A stretch of DNA of 64,000 nt. Source: Deltaproteobacteria bacterium. GTDB taxonomy: Bacteria; Myxococcota_A; UBA796; SXON01. The DNA is taken from assembly GCA_947486185.1 (NCBI GenBank), contig CANKTH010000002.1:47946-111945 (forward strand). The letters are read 5' to 3'. Position numbers and translations under genes: made by a program. The notes beneath the pieces were generated by a model. It was not told where the DNA came from, made no database searches, and saw only the letters and a list, made by a program, of their open reading frames with translations. Below, piece by piece: positions 7,701-16,719 of this stretch; positions within the stretch are counted from its first letter, which is position 1; every line of letters begins with the position of its first letter.

Positions 7701-10168
7701 ACCGCGCTGTTCTCGTCGCTCGCCCCGTCGCAGTCATCGTCCCGGAAGTTACAGAACTCCGTCGCACCCGGAAATGCCGAGGCGAACAGATCATTACAGT
7801 CGCCAAAGTCGGCGACATAGCCGACCGGCTGCACGCAGGCGGGCTGGGTCTCGGTGGGGTCTCCATAGCCGTCGCCGTCATTGTCGGCGTACCAGGTGGA
7901 GGCGTCGATCGATGAGGCCTCGTTGGAGTCGCCGTCGCAGTCGTCGTCCGCGCCGGTTGTACAGAGCTCAGGCGCCCCGTCATAGACTTCGTCGTCGCCG
8001 TCGTTACAGTCGAGGTTGTCTGCGCTATAACCCGCGGGACGGTCACACCAGGGCACTACGGCGCCCGCTCCCTGACCGTCACCGTCGGCATCGGCGTAGC
8101 TGTCCAGCTTGCCGTCGGCCTCCGGCGCAGCGTCATCGGCGAGCCCGTCGCAGTCTTCGTCGGTGTTGGCCGCGTCACAGAGCTCGATCGCGTCCGGATG
8201 GATCGCGCTATCGCCGTCGTCACAGTCCGTGCCATCCGCGACCCCGCGAGCGGGAGCATCACACCGATCGGTCTCGGTGGCCGGATCTCCAAAGCTGTCG
8301 CCATCCGCGTCGGTGTACCAGGTGCTCTCGGTGCTGATATCCACCGAGATATCGGCGTCATCGGCGTCATCGTCACAGTCTTCGTCCACGTTGGCGCCGT
8401 CGCAGATCTCCTGCGCGCCAAAGTAGATCGCGGCATCGGCGTCGTCGCAGTCGGTCGAAGTGGAGACCCGTCCTGCTTCGCCGTCGCACAACACCACGCC
8501 GGCATCGGTCTCGTCACCCTGGCCGTCACCGTCATCATCGAGGTAGTAGGTGCTTCCTCCGGTCGCGCCGGTGTCGGCGTCGTCACTCAGGCCGTCGCAG
8601 TCTTCGTCGACGTCCGCAAGATCGCATAGCTCAGGAGCGCCCGGGTAAGTGCCCGCAGCCCCATCATCACAGTCGTCGGCGGCGCTCCCAGCCGCGGTAA
8701 AGCTGGTCACGACCTGCGCTTCACACCAGCACTCGGAGAGCGCGGGATCGCCGTGTCCGTCCCCATCATCGTCCAGGTACCAGTCGACACACCCTACCGC
8801 CTCCTGCTGGTCAAGAGACCCATCACAGTTGTCGTCATCTCCGGTGCTGCAGTCCTCGAGGACGCCCTCACGGATCGCCGCGTCGCGATCATTACAGTCG
8901 GAGCCGCCGTCGCTGTCCCGATCCTGGCCGTCGCCGTCCTGATCGTAGTCGGAGGCGCCATCGCAGTCCTGATCGGTCCCGTCATACCAACTGTCCACGC
9001 TGCCCGGGTAAATCCCCGCCGGTCCGATCGCGCCGGGATCGTCGAAGCTGTCGCCCACTTGATCGTAACAGTCGGTGCCGTAGACGCCGTCACCGTCCGG
9101 TTGGTAGAGCGAGGTGTATCCGTCGCTATCGGCGTCCCAGTCATTGGCGCGATCACAGTTCTGATCCACGCCGTCATACCAGTCCTCGGTCGCCTCCGGG
9201 AAGATGCTGGCGTCTTCATCCGCGCAGTCGGCGCCGCCCCAGGCCTCGGAGTCGGAGTCGTCAAAATCCTGGTCAAAGTCGGAGTGTCCGTCGCAGTTGG
9301 CGTCTACGCCGTCGTACCAGACCTCCGTTACGCTCGGGTCAGGGTACCGTGCCGGATCGGTGTCATCACAATCGCCGAGGCAAGAGCCGGCGCCGTCAGG
9401 CAGCTCCTCGCACTCGTGACCGTCCTGATCCTGATCCCAGTCATCGTCGTTGGCGCAGTCCTGGTCGGAGCCGTCGTACCAGGTCTCGATCGAACCGGGA
9501 TGGGTGTCCAGCTCGCTGAGGCCGGCGGGGTTGTCGTAGCTATCCTCGGGGTGATCAAAACAATCATCCCCAAAGCTGCCATCTCGCCGTTGTTGATACG
9601 CGGAATCGTAACCATCGCCGTCCGCGTCGAACTCCGCCTGAGCCTGGCAGTCCGCGTCACAATCCGCCACCTGCTGGGCGCAGTCTTCGTCCACGCCGTC
9701 GTAGAAGCTATCGGTCCCCGACGGGTTCACCTCGGCCGGCAAGGGCTGGTCAAGGGCGTTGAGCGCTACAAATTCCGGCGGAATGACCTCGGGATCATCC
9801 GAATCCCAGCAGTCCCCGGCAGGCAGCACCGGGAGATCGAAGGGCAGCGTGGTCACGTCCGCATAGGCGTCGGGCACAAACCCGTCGAGATCGGCGTCAA
9901 AATCGTCGTCCCCGGCGCAGTCGGCGTCGATGCCGTCGTACCACGCGTCGGGGGCGCCCGGGAAGATCTCCGCGCCCGTGAGCGTCGTGCCGGTGGCGCT
10001 GGTCGGCCCCACCGGGTTGTCCCAACAGTCTTTGAGCGCGTCTACGCCATCCCCGTCCGCGTCCACCGCCTTCCACTCGGGGGTACAAGCGCCGAGCAGC
10101 AGCGCCGCGCCCAGGAGCCCCTGCAGGCGCCATAGCGCCGGGATCTGGACGAAAGTAGTTGCTGACAC
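4766..10168 (-). CDS. Giant secreted lipoprotein. Three parts: N-terminal WYDG-D-DC acidic repeats, about 16 MopE-type 'putative metal-binding motif' Cys/Asp repeats, and a C-terminal beta-helix/Pmp-like domain.
   Basis: The ORF is open to a TTG at 10240. The likelier start is GTG at 10168, which gives VSATTFVQIPALWRLQGLLGAALLLGAC with an LGAC lipobox. By eye there are 6 copies of (W/F)YDGxDxDC...DxDxDG and 16 copies of DC(D/N)Dx6-7PGAxExCx5-7D(E/D)DCDG, alternating with YxDxDGDGYGD. The last 271 aa carry GGAIYV / YGGAIAI / YGGAFYL repeats. Confidence 0.85.
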   Translation of the reverse strand: MSATTFVQIPALWRLQGLLGAALLLGACTPEWKAVDADGDGVDALKDCWDNPVGPTSATGTTLTGAEIFPGAPDAWYDGIDADCAGDDDFDADLDGFVPDAYADVTTLPFDLPVLPAGDCWDSDDPEVIPPEFVALNALDQPLPAEVNPSGTDSFYDGVDEDCAQQVADCDADCQAQAEFDADGDGYDSAYQQRRDGSFGDDCFDHPEDSYDNPAGLSELDTHPGSIETWYDGSDQDCANDDDWDQDQDGHECEELPDGAGSCLGDCDDTDPARYPDPSVTEVWYDGVDANCDGHSDFDQDFDDSDSEAWGGADCADEDASIFPEATEDWYDGVDQNCDRANDWDADSDGYTSLYQPDGDGVYGTDCYDQVGDSFDDPGAIGPAGIYPGSVDSWYDGTDQDCDGASDYDQDGDGQDRDSDGGSDCNDRDAAIREGVLEDCSTGDDDNCDGSLDQQEAVGCVDWYLDDDGDGHGDPALSECWCEAQVVTSFTAAGSAADDCDDGAAGTYPGAPELCDLADVDEDCDGLSDDADTGATGGSTYYLDDDGDGQGDETDAGVVLCDGEAGRVSTSTDCDDADAAIYFGAQEICDGANVDEDCDDDADDADISVDISTESTWYTDADGDSFGDPATETDRCDAPARGVADGTDCDDGDSAIHPDAIELCDAANTDEDCDGLADDAAPEADGKLDSYADADGDGQGAGAVVPWCDRPAGYSADNLDCNDGDDEVYDGAPELCTTGADDDCDGDSNEASSIDASTWYADNDGDGYGDPTETQPACVQPVGYVADFGDCNDLFASAFPGATEFCNFRDDDCDGASDENSAVDASTWYFDGDNDSYGNSGDTTVACIAPSNFVSRGEDCDDSVTSVNPAATERCSTAADDDCDGSVNEDDAFGTTTFYADTDGDGYGDLGNTYSACTVPSGYTTDTRDCNDEDNLAYPGATERCATAYDDDCDGAINEAGAVGTAFYYRDADGDGFGDEDDLTATEGCSLIPGEISNNDDCDDTRAAVNPDEDEVCSTAYDDDCDGSINENGAADATAYYDDNDGDGYGDEDDTALVYSCTAVSGDVTDSTDCDDAQVNANPGETETCTTAYDDDCDGTANAVGTADGTLFYVDIDGDSYGAATGGIRYCATTVAGRVANNTDCNDSNAGISPGDLERCDTTYDDDCDSSINEDGAVGAVTYYRDSDSDTYGNASDTRVACLLPSGYVANSTDCSDTNNAAYPGAPELCATYGTDNDCDGSTTDATDELTWYYDSDLDTYAGATTQLACTDPGTRYYATSTDCNDSDSAVYPSAIETCANEGTDNDCSSSTRTPVDRLSWYADTDSDTYGAGTATLACTAPSAHVANNTDCNNNNAAISPGATEVCDASDTDEDCDGLADDADASATGETTWYRDQDGDTQGTTATTSVLCNQPSGYVGNSTDCNDNNAAIYVGATEVCDALDTDEDCDGFADDADPGATGETDWYADADGDSFGDETDVPTSACNAPTATVADNTDCDDSDSWVYPGAPIYCDGVDNDCDPASESETGVVTGIDSDGEPVTMSWSTNSAAPTDDTLVGEEVTINVCAGTYYVNLTVPDATAEVDVALVGLSSGANPVLSGLNNQGSILRVIAQTSAHTISLENLTLEAGVGTEVGTSTYMGGAIYVTALTNPSVANVTLTGCELSDNDLSATGTSYGGAIAIGGLSGAARSGKVALVDTTVELNAASYGGAFYLESGVVTMSCTGGGGVERNDALVGFGGAAEFGVGATSSFTVTSCDLGAIGNDNGPHDFAQGGTLDDYDGVSSFVCTGGGALSCVP
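5582..8800 (-). repeat. Tandem in-frame coding repeats of roughly 200-220 nt (MopE-type Cys/Asp modules) inside the giant lipoprotein gene
   Basis: The peptide pattern DCxD...PGAxExC...DDDCDG...YxDxDGDGYG recurs about 16 times. Boundaries are approximate. Confidence 0.7.
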
Positions 10169-10375
10169 GCGGCCTCCATCGCACCCCGCCCGCGGCAGGG
10201 TGGCCGCCGTAGTGTACGGCTGACCGGCCCCCCCCGGCAACCGCCACCTACGAACGCGGCGTTACAGGTCGTGACCGTCCGTCACCCGCCGGGCATTGTA
10301 CGCGTGATCGCGGCGCGTTATCCCCGCGGCCCGCCGGGTGGGTCGAGGTTGACCGGCCCCGGCTCGGACACAAGG

Positions 10376-11272
10376 ATGATCGAAGTCAACGGACTCACAA
10401 AAGTTTATGGCGAGAACATGGCCCTCAACGGGGTCAGCTTCTCCGTGGCCAAGGGCGAGGTCATCGGCTTCCTCGGCCCCAACGGCGCCGGCAAGTCGAC
10501 CACCATGCGCATCATCGCCGGCTCGCTCGGCGCGAGCGCGGGATCGGCCAAGGTCGGCGGCTTCGATGTCGCCGAACACCCCAAGAAGGTGCAGGCGATC
10601 CTCGGATATGCTCCGGAGACCCCGCCGGTCTACGGCAACATGCGGGTGCGCGACTACATCGAGTTTGCGGCGACGCTCAAAGGCGTCGCGCAGGTCTCGG
10701 ACGCCGCGCTGCGTGCGATGAAAATGGTGGGTCTCGAGGATGTGCAGAGCCGAATCATCGAAAACCTGTCCAAGGGCTACCGGCAACGAGTGGGCCTCGC
10801 ACAGGCGCTGGTGCACGACCCGCAGGTGCTGATCCTCGATGAGCCCACCTCCGGCCTTGATCCGGCGCAACGGGTTGAGATTCGGCACCTCATCCAGACC
10901 CTCGCAGAGGGCGACCGCACCGTCGTGCTGTCCACGCACGTGCTCGGCGAGATCGAGGCCTTGTGCAACCGGGTCATGATCATCAACGGCGGCGTGCTGG
11001 TGACGACGGACGCGCAGACCCAGATCGCGGCCCCGGGGCGCGTTGTCCACGTGGAGGTGGCCCGGCCAGAAGACGGTTTTGAGGCCACGCTCAGATCGCT
11101 CGACGGCTTCCGGGATCTGGGCCGCAAAGGGGACGCCTACGTCGTCCGCGGCGAGCGAGACCTGCGGGAGGACGTCGCACGCGCGGCGCTGTCCTACGGC
11201 CTCTTGGAGCTGTCCGGCCGCGAACGTCTCGAAGACATCTATCTACGCCTCACCGCTCGGAGCAGCTCATGA
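10376..11272 (+). CDS. ABC transporter ATP-binding protein (ABC-2 / GldA-type)
   Basis: Start at ATG 10376 (MIEVNGLTKVYG). Walker A GPNGAGKST, signature LSKGYRQR, Walker B LILDEPTSGLD. ATGA overlap with the next gene. Confidence 0.9.
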   Translation: MIEVNGLTKVYGENMALNGVSFSVAKGEVIGFLGPNGAGKSTTMRIIAGSLGASAGSAKVGGFDVAEHPKKVQAILGYAPETPPVYGNMRVRDYIEFAATLKGVAQVSDAALRAMKMVGLEDVQSRIIENLSKGYRQRVGLAQALVHDPQVLILDEPTSGLDPAQRVEIRHLIQTLAEGDRTVVLSTHVLGEIEALCNRVMIINGGVLVTTDAQTQIAAPGRVVHVEVARPEDGFEATLRSLDGFRDLGRKGDAYVVRGERDLREDVARAALSYGLLELSGRERLEDIYLRLTARSSS

Positions 11273-12039
11273 GCGCCGTGTTCGCTATCGCCCGGCGGGA
11301 GACCGCCGCCTATTTCGCCTCCCCGATCGGCTGGATCGTACTCCTCGTGTTTCAGCTCATGACCGGGTGGATGTTCCTCTCCGGCCTGATCTGGTACGCC
11401 GACGCCAGCGCGCAGATGATGATGAACCCCTACGGGGGCGACTCGATGGACGCCAATTCGATGGTGCTCCAGCCGCTTTTCGGGAACATGGCGGTGATCG
11501 TGCTCCTCTTCTCGCCGGCCGTGACGATGCGGCTCCTGGCGGAAGACACCCGGATGAAGAGCTTTGAGCTCCTGCTCACCTCGCCGATCTCCTCCTTCCA
11601 GATCGCGCTCGGCAAGCTGCTCGGCGCGCTGGGCTTCGGGGTGGCGCTCGTGCTCTCTACCGCGCACTTCGTGCTCATCCTGCGGTGGCTCGGCGACATC
11701 GACACCGGCATCTTGATGACCAACTACCTCAACTTCTCGCTGATGCTGGGCATGCTGTTCGCGATCGGGCTGTTCTGCTCCGCGCTCACCGAGAACCAGG
11801 TGGTGGCGCTCGCCCTCGCTTTTTCGGCCAACCTCCTGCTCTTCATCTTCGGCTGGGCCGCCGCGGGTATGGAGGCCGGAACCGCCAAAGAGGTGATCGA
11901 ATACATCTCGATGGTGAGCCACGTGGAGCAGATGGGCAAGGGCCTGATCCACATCAAAGATTTAGCCTATTACCTAACTTTTATTGGCTTCGCCCTGTTT
12001 GCGACTACGCAACGGGTTGAGGCGATGCGGTGGCGTTGA
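11269..12039 (+). CDS. ABC-2 type transporter permease (GldF-like)
   Basis: 256 aa with about 6 hydrophobic spans. Translationally coupled to the ATPase gene (ATGA at 11269-11272). Confidence 0.8.
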   Translation: MSAVFAIARRETAAYFASPIGWIVLLVFQLMTGWMFLSGLIWYADASAQMMMNPYGGDSMDANSMVLQPLFGNMAVIVLLFSPAVTMRLLAEDTRMKSFELLLTSPISSFQIALGKLLGALGFGVALVLSTAHFVLILRWLGDIDTGILMTNYLNFSLMLGMLFAIGLFCSALTENQVVALALAFSANLLLFIFGWAAAGMEAGTAKEVIEYISMVSHVEQMGKGLIHIKDLAYYLTFIGFALFATTQRVEAMRWR

Positions 12040-13664
12040 TGCGTGCGTATGCCTGGATCATCGGATTCATCGGGGGCCTGGGCCTCCTGACCTACGCGGC
12101 GGGCGCTGCGCTGCTCTCCGAAGTGCCCGACGCCCTCAACATCGTCGGTGGCGTGAGCGCGGCCCTCGTCGCCGCCTGGCTCTTCTCCGACTGGAGCTCG
12201 GTGCGCGCGGTGAGCGACAGCCAGGCCTTCGGCCGACGTTGGATCGCCGCCGTGACCGTGCTCCTCGGTGCCGGCATCATGGTGACGCTGAACATCGTCG
12301 CCCATCGCTACAACAAGCGTTGGGACATGACGGCGAACAAGCAGTACACGCTGTCGCAGCAGAGCATCGACATCGCCACGGCGCTGGACCGCCGCGTCGA
12401 GGTGAAGGGCTTCTTCGTCCCCGGGACGCCTGACGCCAGCAACGCCGAGGATCTGCTCAAGCGCTACCAGGAGCACAGCTCACTCATCGAGGTGAGCTGG
12501 ATCGACCCCTTCTCTCAGCCAACGGTGGCGCAGGAGAACAAGGTCAGCTCTGAGAGCGGCGCGCTGATCCTCGTGGCCGCCGACAAGGAGCAGCGGATCG
12601 AGTCGAAGTTCGACGAAGAGAGCGTCACCAACGCCCTGATCCGCCTGACGTCCGACACGACCCACACCGTCTGTATGGTGCAGGGCCACGGCGAGCCCGA
12701 GATGGATGACAGCTCGGGCCAGTTCGGCTTCGGTTTTGTCAACAAGAAGCTTGAGGACCAGGGCTACGCCGTCACGGCCCTCTCGCTGGTGGGCACCCAG
12801 CCCACTCCAGAGACCTGCAAGGTGGTGATCTTCCCCGCGCCACAGAGCGCGTTGGTGCCCGCCGAGCTCGACCGACTCGCCAGCTACGTCGCGGGCGGCG
12901 GGTCGCTGATCGCGCTCATGGATCCCCGGACTCCAGCGAGCGTCGCCGCCGACATGGCCCGTTACGGGGTGGCGGTGGGGAACGACGTCGTCGTGGAGAT
13001 GGACGCCTACCGGGTGTTCAACAACTCGCCGTTCATGCCGCTCCTGAACGAGGACGCCTACGAGGCCCACCCGCTCACCGCCAAGCTCTCGGGCGCGTCG
13101 GTGCTCCTCGAGGCGCGCTCGGCCGGCGCGTCGGCGACGCCCATCTCCGGCATCACCACCACCGTGTTGGCGCGCACCTCGGACTCGAGCTGGGCGGAGA
13201 CGGACTTCAACGCTTCGCCAGACTCTTTTGCCCCCGACGCCGGCAAGGACATCGTCGGCAAGGTCCCGGTGATCGTCGTCGCCGAGATCAGCGACCCCGC
13301 GGCGGTGGTCACCGCGACCCCCCCTGCGCCGCTGCCCGACGGCCTGCCCGCGCCCGCCCTACCGGCCCCATCCGTCACCGTGCCTCCCAAAGCCGGGGGC
13401 AAGGTCGTGGTCTACGGGGACGTCGACTTCGCGTCGAACCTGCTCGTGGGCAACGGTATCAACCAGGACCTCCTGCTCAACACCGTGGCGTGGATGGCGG
13501 GCGAGGAGGAGCAGATCAGCGTCCGGGCCAACGAGGCCGGCAAGGGTCGGCTCACGGTGGATCTGCTGGCCTTGTTCGTCGCCGGGGTGAGCAGCATCGC
13601 GCTCGTGCCGGGACTCACCGGGATGTTGGCGCTCGGGTCGTGGTTGCGGCGACGCCGAGGCTAA
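12030..13664 (+). CDS. GldG-family ABC transporter auxiliary protein
   Basis: N- and C-terminal TM anchors. Contains the motif HRYNKRWDMTANKQYTLSQQS typical of GldG / ABC_transp_aux proteins. The start is either GTG 12030 or ATG 12039. Confidence 0.75.
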   Translation: MALMRAYAWIIGFIGGLGLLTYAAGAALLSEVPDALNIVGGVSAALVAAWLFSDWSSVRAVSDSQAFGRRWIAAVTVLLGAGIMVTLNIVAHRYNKRWDMTANKQYTLSQQSIDIATALDRRVEVKGFFVPGTPDASNAEDLLKRYQEHSSLIEVSWIDPFSQPTVAQENKVSSESGALILVAADKEQRIESKFDEESVTNALIRLTSDTTHTVCMVQGHGEPEMDDSSGQFGFGFVNKKLEDQGYAVTALSLVGTQPTPETCKVVIFPAPQSALVPAELDRLASYVAGGGSLIALMDPRTPASVAADMARYGVAVGNDVVVEMDAYRVFNNSPFMPLLNEDAYEAHPLTAKLSGASVLLEARSAGASATPISGITTTVLARTSDSSWAETDFNASPDSFAPDAGKDIVGKVPVIVVAEISDPAAVVTATPPAPLPDGLPAPALPAPSVTVPPKAGGKVVVYGDVDFASNLLVGNGINQDLLLNTVAWMAGEEEQISVRANEAGKGRLTVDLLALFVAGVSSIALVPGLTGMLALGSWLRRRRG

Positions 13665-13768
13665 GGACTCGGTAAGGCTCGTTACGGAATCGGGCCCTGC
13701 GACGGGGTCGGCCGACACAACTCGCGAGGACGGCCGGTTGAAGGTCGGCCTCTTCCGGATCTCCGCGC

Positions 13769-14290
13769 ATGGACACGAAGGCGCCACAGCGGGTAGGGAT
13801 CGGCGCGGGAGTGAACATGCTGGACACCGAGGGTCTGATTGAGGTCGCGGTCGCGATCGAGCTGGAGTGCGCCGCGCTCTACGAGGTGTTCGCTCGGCGC
13901 TTTTCGGACAACGCCGAGTTTGTGTACTTCTGGAAGCTGTACGCCGAGGCTGAGCGGTACCACGCCGCGAGCATCCGTATCCACCAGGCGACGTTCTCCG
14001 GCGAGGAGCCCCCGGTCGCCCCCGTCGATCTCGCCTCAGCCCGTCAGCTCCTCGCTGAGCTGCGCGCTGAGCGTAGTCACGCGGAGAGAGATCCGCTCAC
14101 CGCGGTGGATGCGCTCCAGATGGCGCGCCGGGTGGAGGAGCACAGCGCCGAGCTCCACGGCCGCACCCAGTTTTTCGCGGGCAAGCCGGAGCTCGTTGAG
14201 ATGTTTGAGCAGATGGCCGCAGAAGACCGCGCGCACCGCGACATGTTGTCGAGCGCCGAGAAACGATTTGGCGCCGCCGAGGCGCACTGA
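13769..14290 (+). CDS. Ferritin-like / rubrerythrin-like four-helix-bundle protein
   Basis: Repeated E...E/H patterns: ELECAALYE, EAERYHA, EEHSAELH, AEDRAHRD. Confidence 0.5.
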   Translation: MDTKAPQRVGIGAGVNMLDTEGLIEVAVAIELECAALYEVFARRFSDNAEFVYFWKLYAEAERYHAASIRIHQATFSGEEPPVAPVDLASARQLLAELRAERSHAERDPLTAVDALQMARRVEEHSAELHGRTQFFAGKPELVEMFEQMAAEDRAHRDMLSSAEKRFGAAEAH

Positions 14291-14338
14291 GCGCTCCGCC
14301 TGTTGACGGCGTGCCGAAAATCTGGATAATCCCGCCGC

Positions 14339-14782
14339 ATGGAAGGCGGTCCGATACTCCGCGTGGTCGAGGGACCCCAGCGCGGTCAGGAGTACCCGAT
14401 CACCGAGCAGGGCCCCTGCATCGGCCGGGACGCAGCAAACGACATCTGTGTCAACGACACAAACGTCAGTCGTCAACACGCGCGGGTCCTGCTCCACAAT
14501 GGCGCGGTCTGGGTGCAGGATAACGGCTCGCGGAATGGGGTCTTCGTCAACGGCAACCGGGTACCTGACCACAAGCAGGTCAAGACGGGCGACAAAATAA
14601 CGGTTGGGCCCTCTGTTTTCGAGGTAGCGGTCGCCGCGAGCGAGCCGACCCCGGCCCCGCCCCCAGCAGAGGCTGCACCGGAGTCCCAGTCGGTGATGCC
14701 GCTGGTCCTCGCGGGTTTTGTCGGCTTGGCGCTCGTCTTGTGCGTTGGAGGAAGCCTGCTCGCGGTGCTGTTCCGTCCCTAA
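14339..14782 (+). CDS. FHA domain protein with C-terminal membrane anchor
   Basis: CIGRDAANDICVNDTNVSRQHARVLLHNGAVWVQDNGSRNGVFVNGNRV is a canonical FHA core. Hydrophobic tail MPLVLAGFVGLALVLCVGGSLLAVLF. Confidence 0.9.
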   Translation: MEGGPILRVVEGPQRGQEYPITEQGPCIGRDAANDICVNDTNVSRQHARVLLHNGAVWVQDNGSRNGVFVNGNRVPDHKQVKTGDKITVGPSVFEVAVAASEPTPAPPPAEAAPESQSVMPLVLAGFVGLALVLCVGGSLLAVLFRP

Positions 14783-14820
14783 AGGGCGAGAGCGCGTTAG
14801 CCTCGTCTCGAGGTGTCCCG

Positions 14821-16719
14821 ATGTACCTGTACGTGTTCGGCAGCGCGCTCGCGCAAGGCGTCGCCGCCGGAGAAATGCCACCGATCAACGCCCAGATGCT
14901 CCATCATAACATCGACGGCGCGTACATGTTTACCGTGGACGACAGCACCGTGCGCCCCGGCACCGGGACCTTGCGTGCGCTCGTACACTACACCCTCGAC
15001 CCGCTCCACTACGAGTACACGCTGACCACCGACGGGCAGAGCACGCTCGTGCGCGACGAGCTGATCAGCTCGCTGACGATGGTGGACGCGGCGGGCGGCT
15101 ATACGCTCGGTCTCGTTCGTTTTGGCGTGAATGTACCCCTCCTGCTGGTCGGCACCGACGACGGCGGGCGGGCAGCATACGGGCTCGGTGAGCTCTCGCT
15201 CGACGCGAAGCTTCAGCTCGCCGACCACAATCAGAAGCGTTTCGGCGTGGCGGTAGACGGCCGGCTGCTGGTGTCGTCGAATACGACGCCTTTCGCGCTC
15301 GGGAGCGACACCGGGGCTGGCTGGGAGACGAGCCTCATCGTCGATCGTGACTACGAGAAGCTCTTTTTGGCGGGTAACGTAGGCTTTCGCCGTAATCAGC
15401 GCGCGGAAGTCACAGTGACCGACAGCAGCGGCGCCGCGGACTCTTTCACCTGGGGCGACCAGCTTCACCTCAGGCTCGGCGGAGCGTGGCGTTTTACGCC
15501 GAAGTATGGCGTATCGGCCGAGCTCTGGGGCTGGCAAGGCGTTAGCACGCTGGATCTACCCGCCACCCGCGGCGCCGAGCTGCTCCTGGGGGGCTGGTAC
15601 CGCCCCAAGGCCAAAGCGCTCGTCCTCCGCGCAGGAATTGGTGCCTCGCCCGCGACGGGCATCGGCGTGGCACCCTTCCGCGCGCTGGTCTCCGCCGGCT
15701 ACGAGCCTCAGGAAGTGCGCGACGCAGACGGCGACGGCATCCGTGATCGCCTCGACAGCTGCCCCTTGGATCCCGAAGACGGGGATGGTTACCTCGACAC
15801 CGACGGCTGCCCCGAACCCGTCAGCGTGACCGTCCTCGTTCGTGGGCCCGCCGGGCCCGTCACGGAGGCACAGCTCAAGGTCGGCGGAAAGAGTCAGACG
15901 ATCAACCAGGCTTTTGAGGTTCCCTTCGGCCGCTATTTCACCGAGGTGCAGGCCGCGGGCTTTGAGCCGGCTGAGCTGGCGCTCGAGGTCAAGGACGGGC
16001 CCCCGATCACCCAGGAAGTCGTGCTGGTGCCCTTCGCCCACCTCGTCGTGAAGGTCACGGACCCGGCTGGCCAACCGGTCGCTGCAAAACTCACCCTGCG
16101 ACGTGGCGCCGCCCCTCCCGCCATCTCGGCCGGTCCGGCGTTCGATCAGCGCCTTCAAGGCGGTGACTACGGCCTCCTGGTCGAAGTTCCTGGCTTCAAG
16201 CCCGTGCGCCGCCCGCTGACCCTCGCGCCCGGCGAACACCAGGTGCTGGAGATCAAGCTTGAGGCCGAGCGTGCGGTGCTCGATGCCGAAAAGAAGCGGA
16301 TCGAAATACGCGAATCGGTCTATTTCGAGACGGGCAAAGCCGCGATCAAGCCAGAGAGCTTCGCGCTTCTCGACGACGTCGCTGCGATCCTGGTAGACCA
16401 CCCCGAAATCACGCGGGTGCGGGTAGAGGGCCACACCGACAGCCGCGGAAACGGCCCGGCCAACCTGAAGCTCTCTAAGGCTCGCGCCGCATCGGTGCGG
16501 GACTACCTCATCCAAAAGGGGGTCGCGACGGACCGGCTTGAGAGTGAGGGCTACGGCGAAGGAAAGCCGTTGGTGCCGGGGGAGAACGAGGCGGCCTGGA
16601 CCCAGAATCCGCGGGTAGACTTCTTTATCGTCGGTGGCGGTGGTCCCGGGCCAACGCCCCCGCCAGGCAGTCCCCCTCCTCCGGGTGAACGCCCGATCCC
16701 ACGGCCAGGCTCGAAGTAA
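14821..16719 (+). CDS. OmpA-family outer-membrane protein with TSP3-type Ca-binding repeat and Ig/PEGA-like middle domains
   Basis: Start set at ATG 14821 (MYLYVFGSALAQG). DADGDGIRDRLDSCPLDPEDGDGYLDTDGCP motif. C-terminal OmpA_C: YFETGKAAIKPES...VEGHTDSRGNGPANLKLSKARAASVRDYL. Confidence 0.85.
   Translation: MYLYVFGSALAQGVAAGEMPPINAQMLHHNIDGAYMFTVDDSTVRPGTGTLRALVHYTLDPLHYEYTLTTDGQSTLVRDELISSLTMVDAAGGYTLGLVRFGVNVPLLLVGTDDGGRAAYGLGELSLDAKLQLADHNQKRFGVAVDGRLLVSSNTTPFALGSDTGAGWETSLIVDRDYEKLFLAGNVGFRRNQRAEVTVTDSSGAADSFTWGDQLHLRLGGAWRFTPKYGVSAELWGWQGVSTLDLPATRGAELLLGGWYRPKAKALVLRAGIGASPATGIGVAPFRALVSAGYEPQEVRDADGDGIRDRLDSCPLDPEDGDGYLDTDGCPEPVSVTVLVRGPAGPVTEAQLKVGGKSQTINQAFEVPFGRYFTEVQAAGFEPAELALEVKDGPPITQEVVLVPFAHLVVKVTDPAGQPVAAKLTLRRGAAPPAISAGPAFDQRLQGGDYGLLVEVPGFKPVRRPLTLAPGEHQVLEIKLEAERAVLDAEKKRIEIRESVYFETGKAAIKPESFALLDDVAAILVDHPEITRVRVEGHTDSRGNGPANLKLSKARAASVRDYLIQKGVATDRLESEGYGEGKPLVPGENEAAWTQNPRVDFFIVGGGGPGPTPPPGSPPPPGERPIPRPGSK

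Noticed and set aside
8753-10135. 460-aa plus-strand ORF, plus several 100-300-aa ORFs on both strands inside 4766..10240
   Set aside because: All lie within the giant repeat gene, whose minus frame shows a regular Cys/Asp repeat grammar. The others are frame-shifted or antisense readings of the same repeats.
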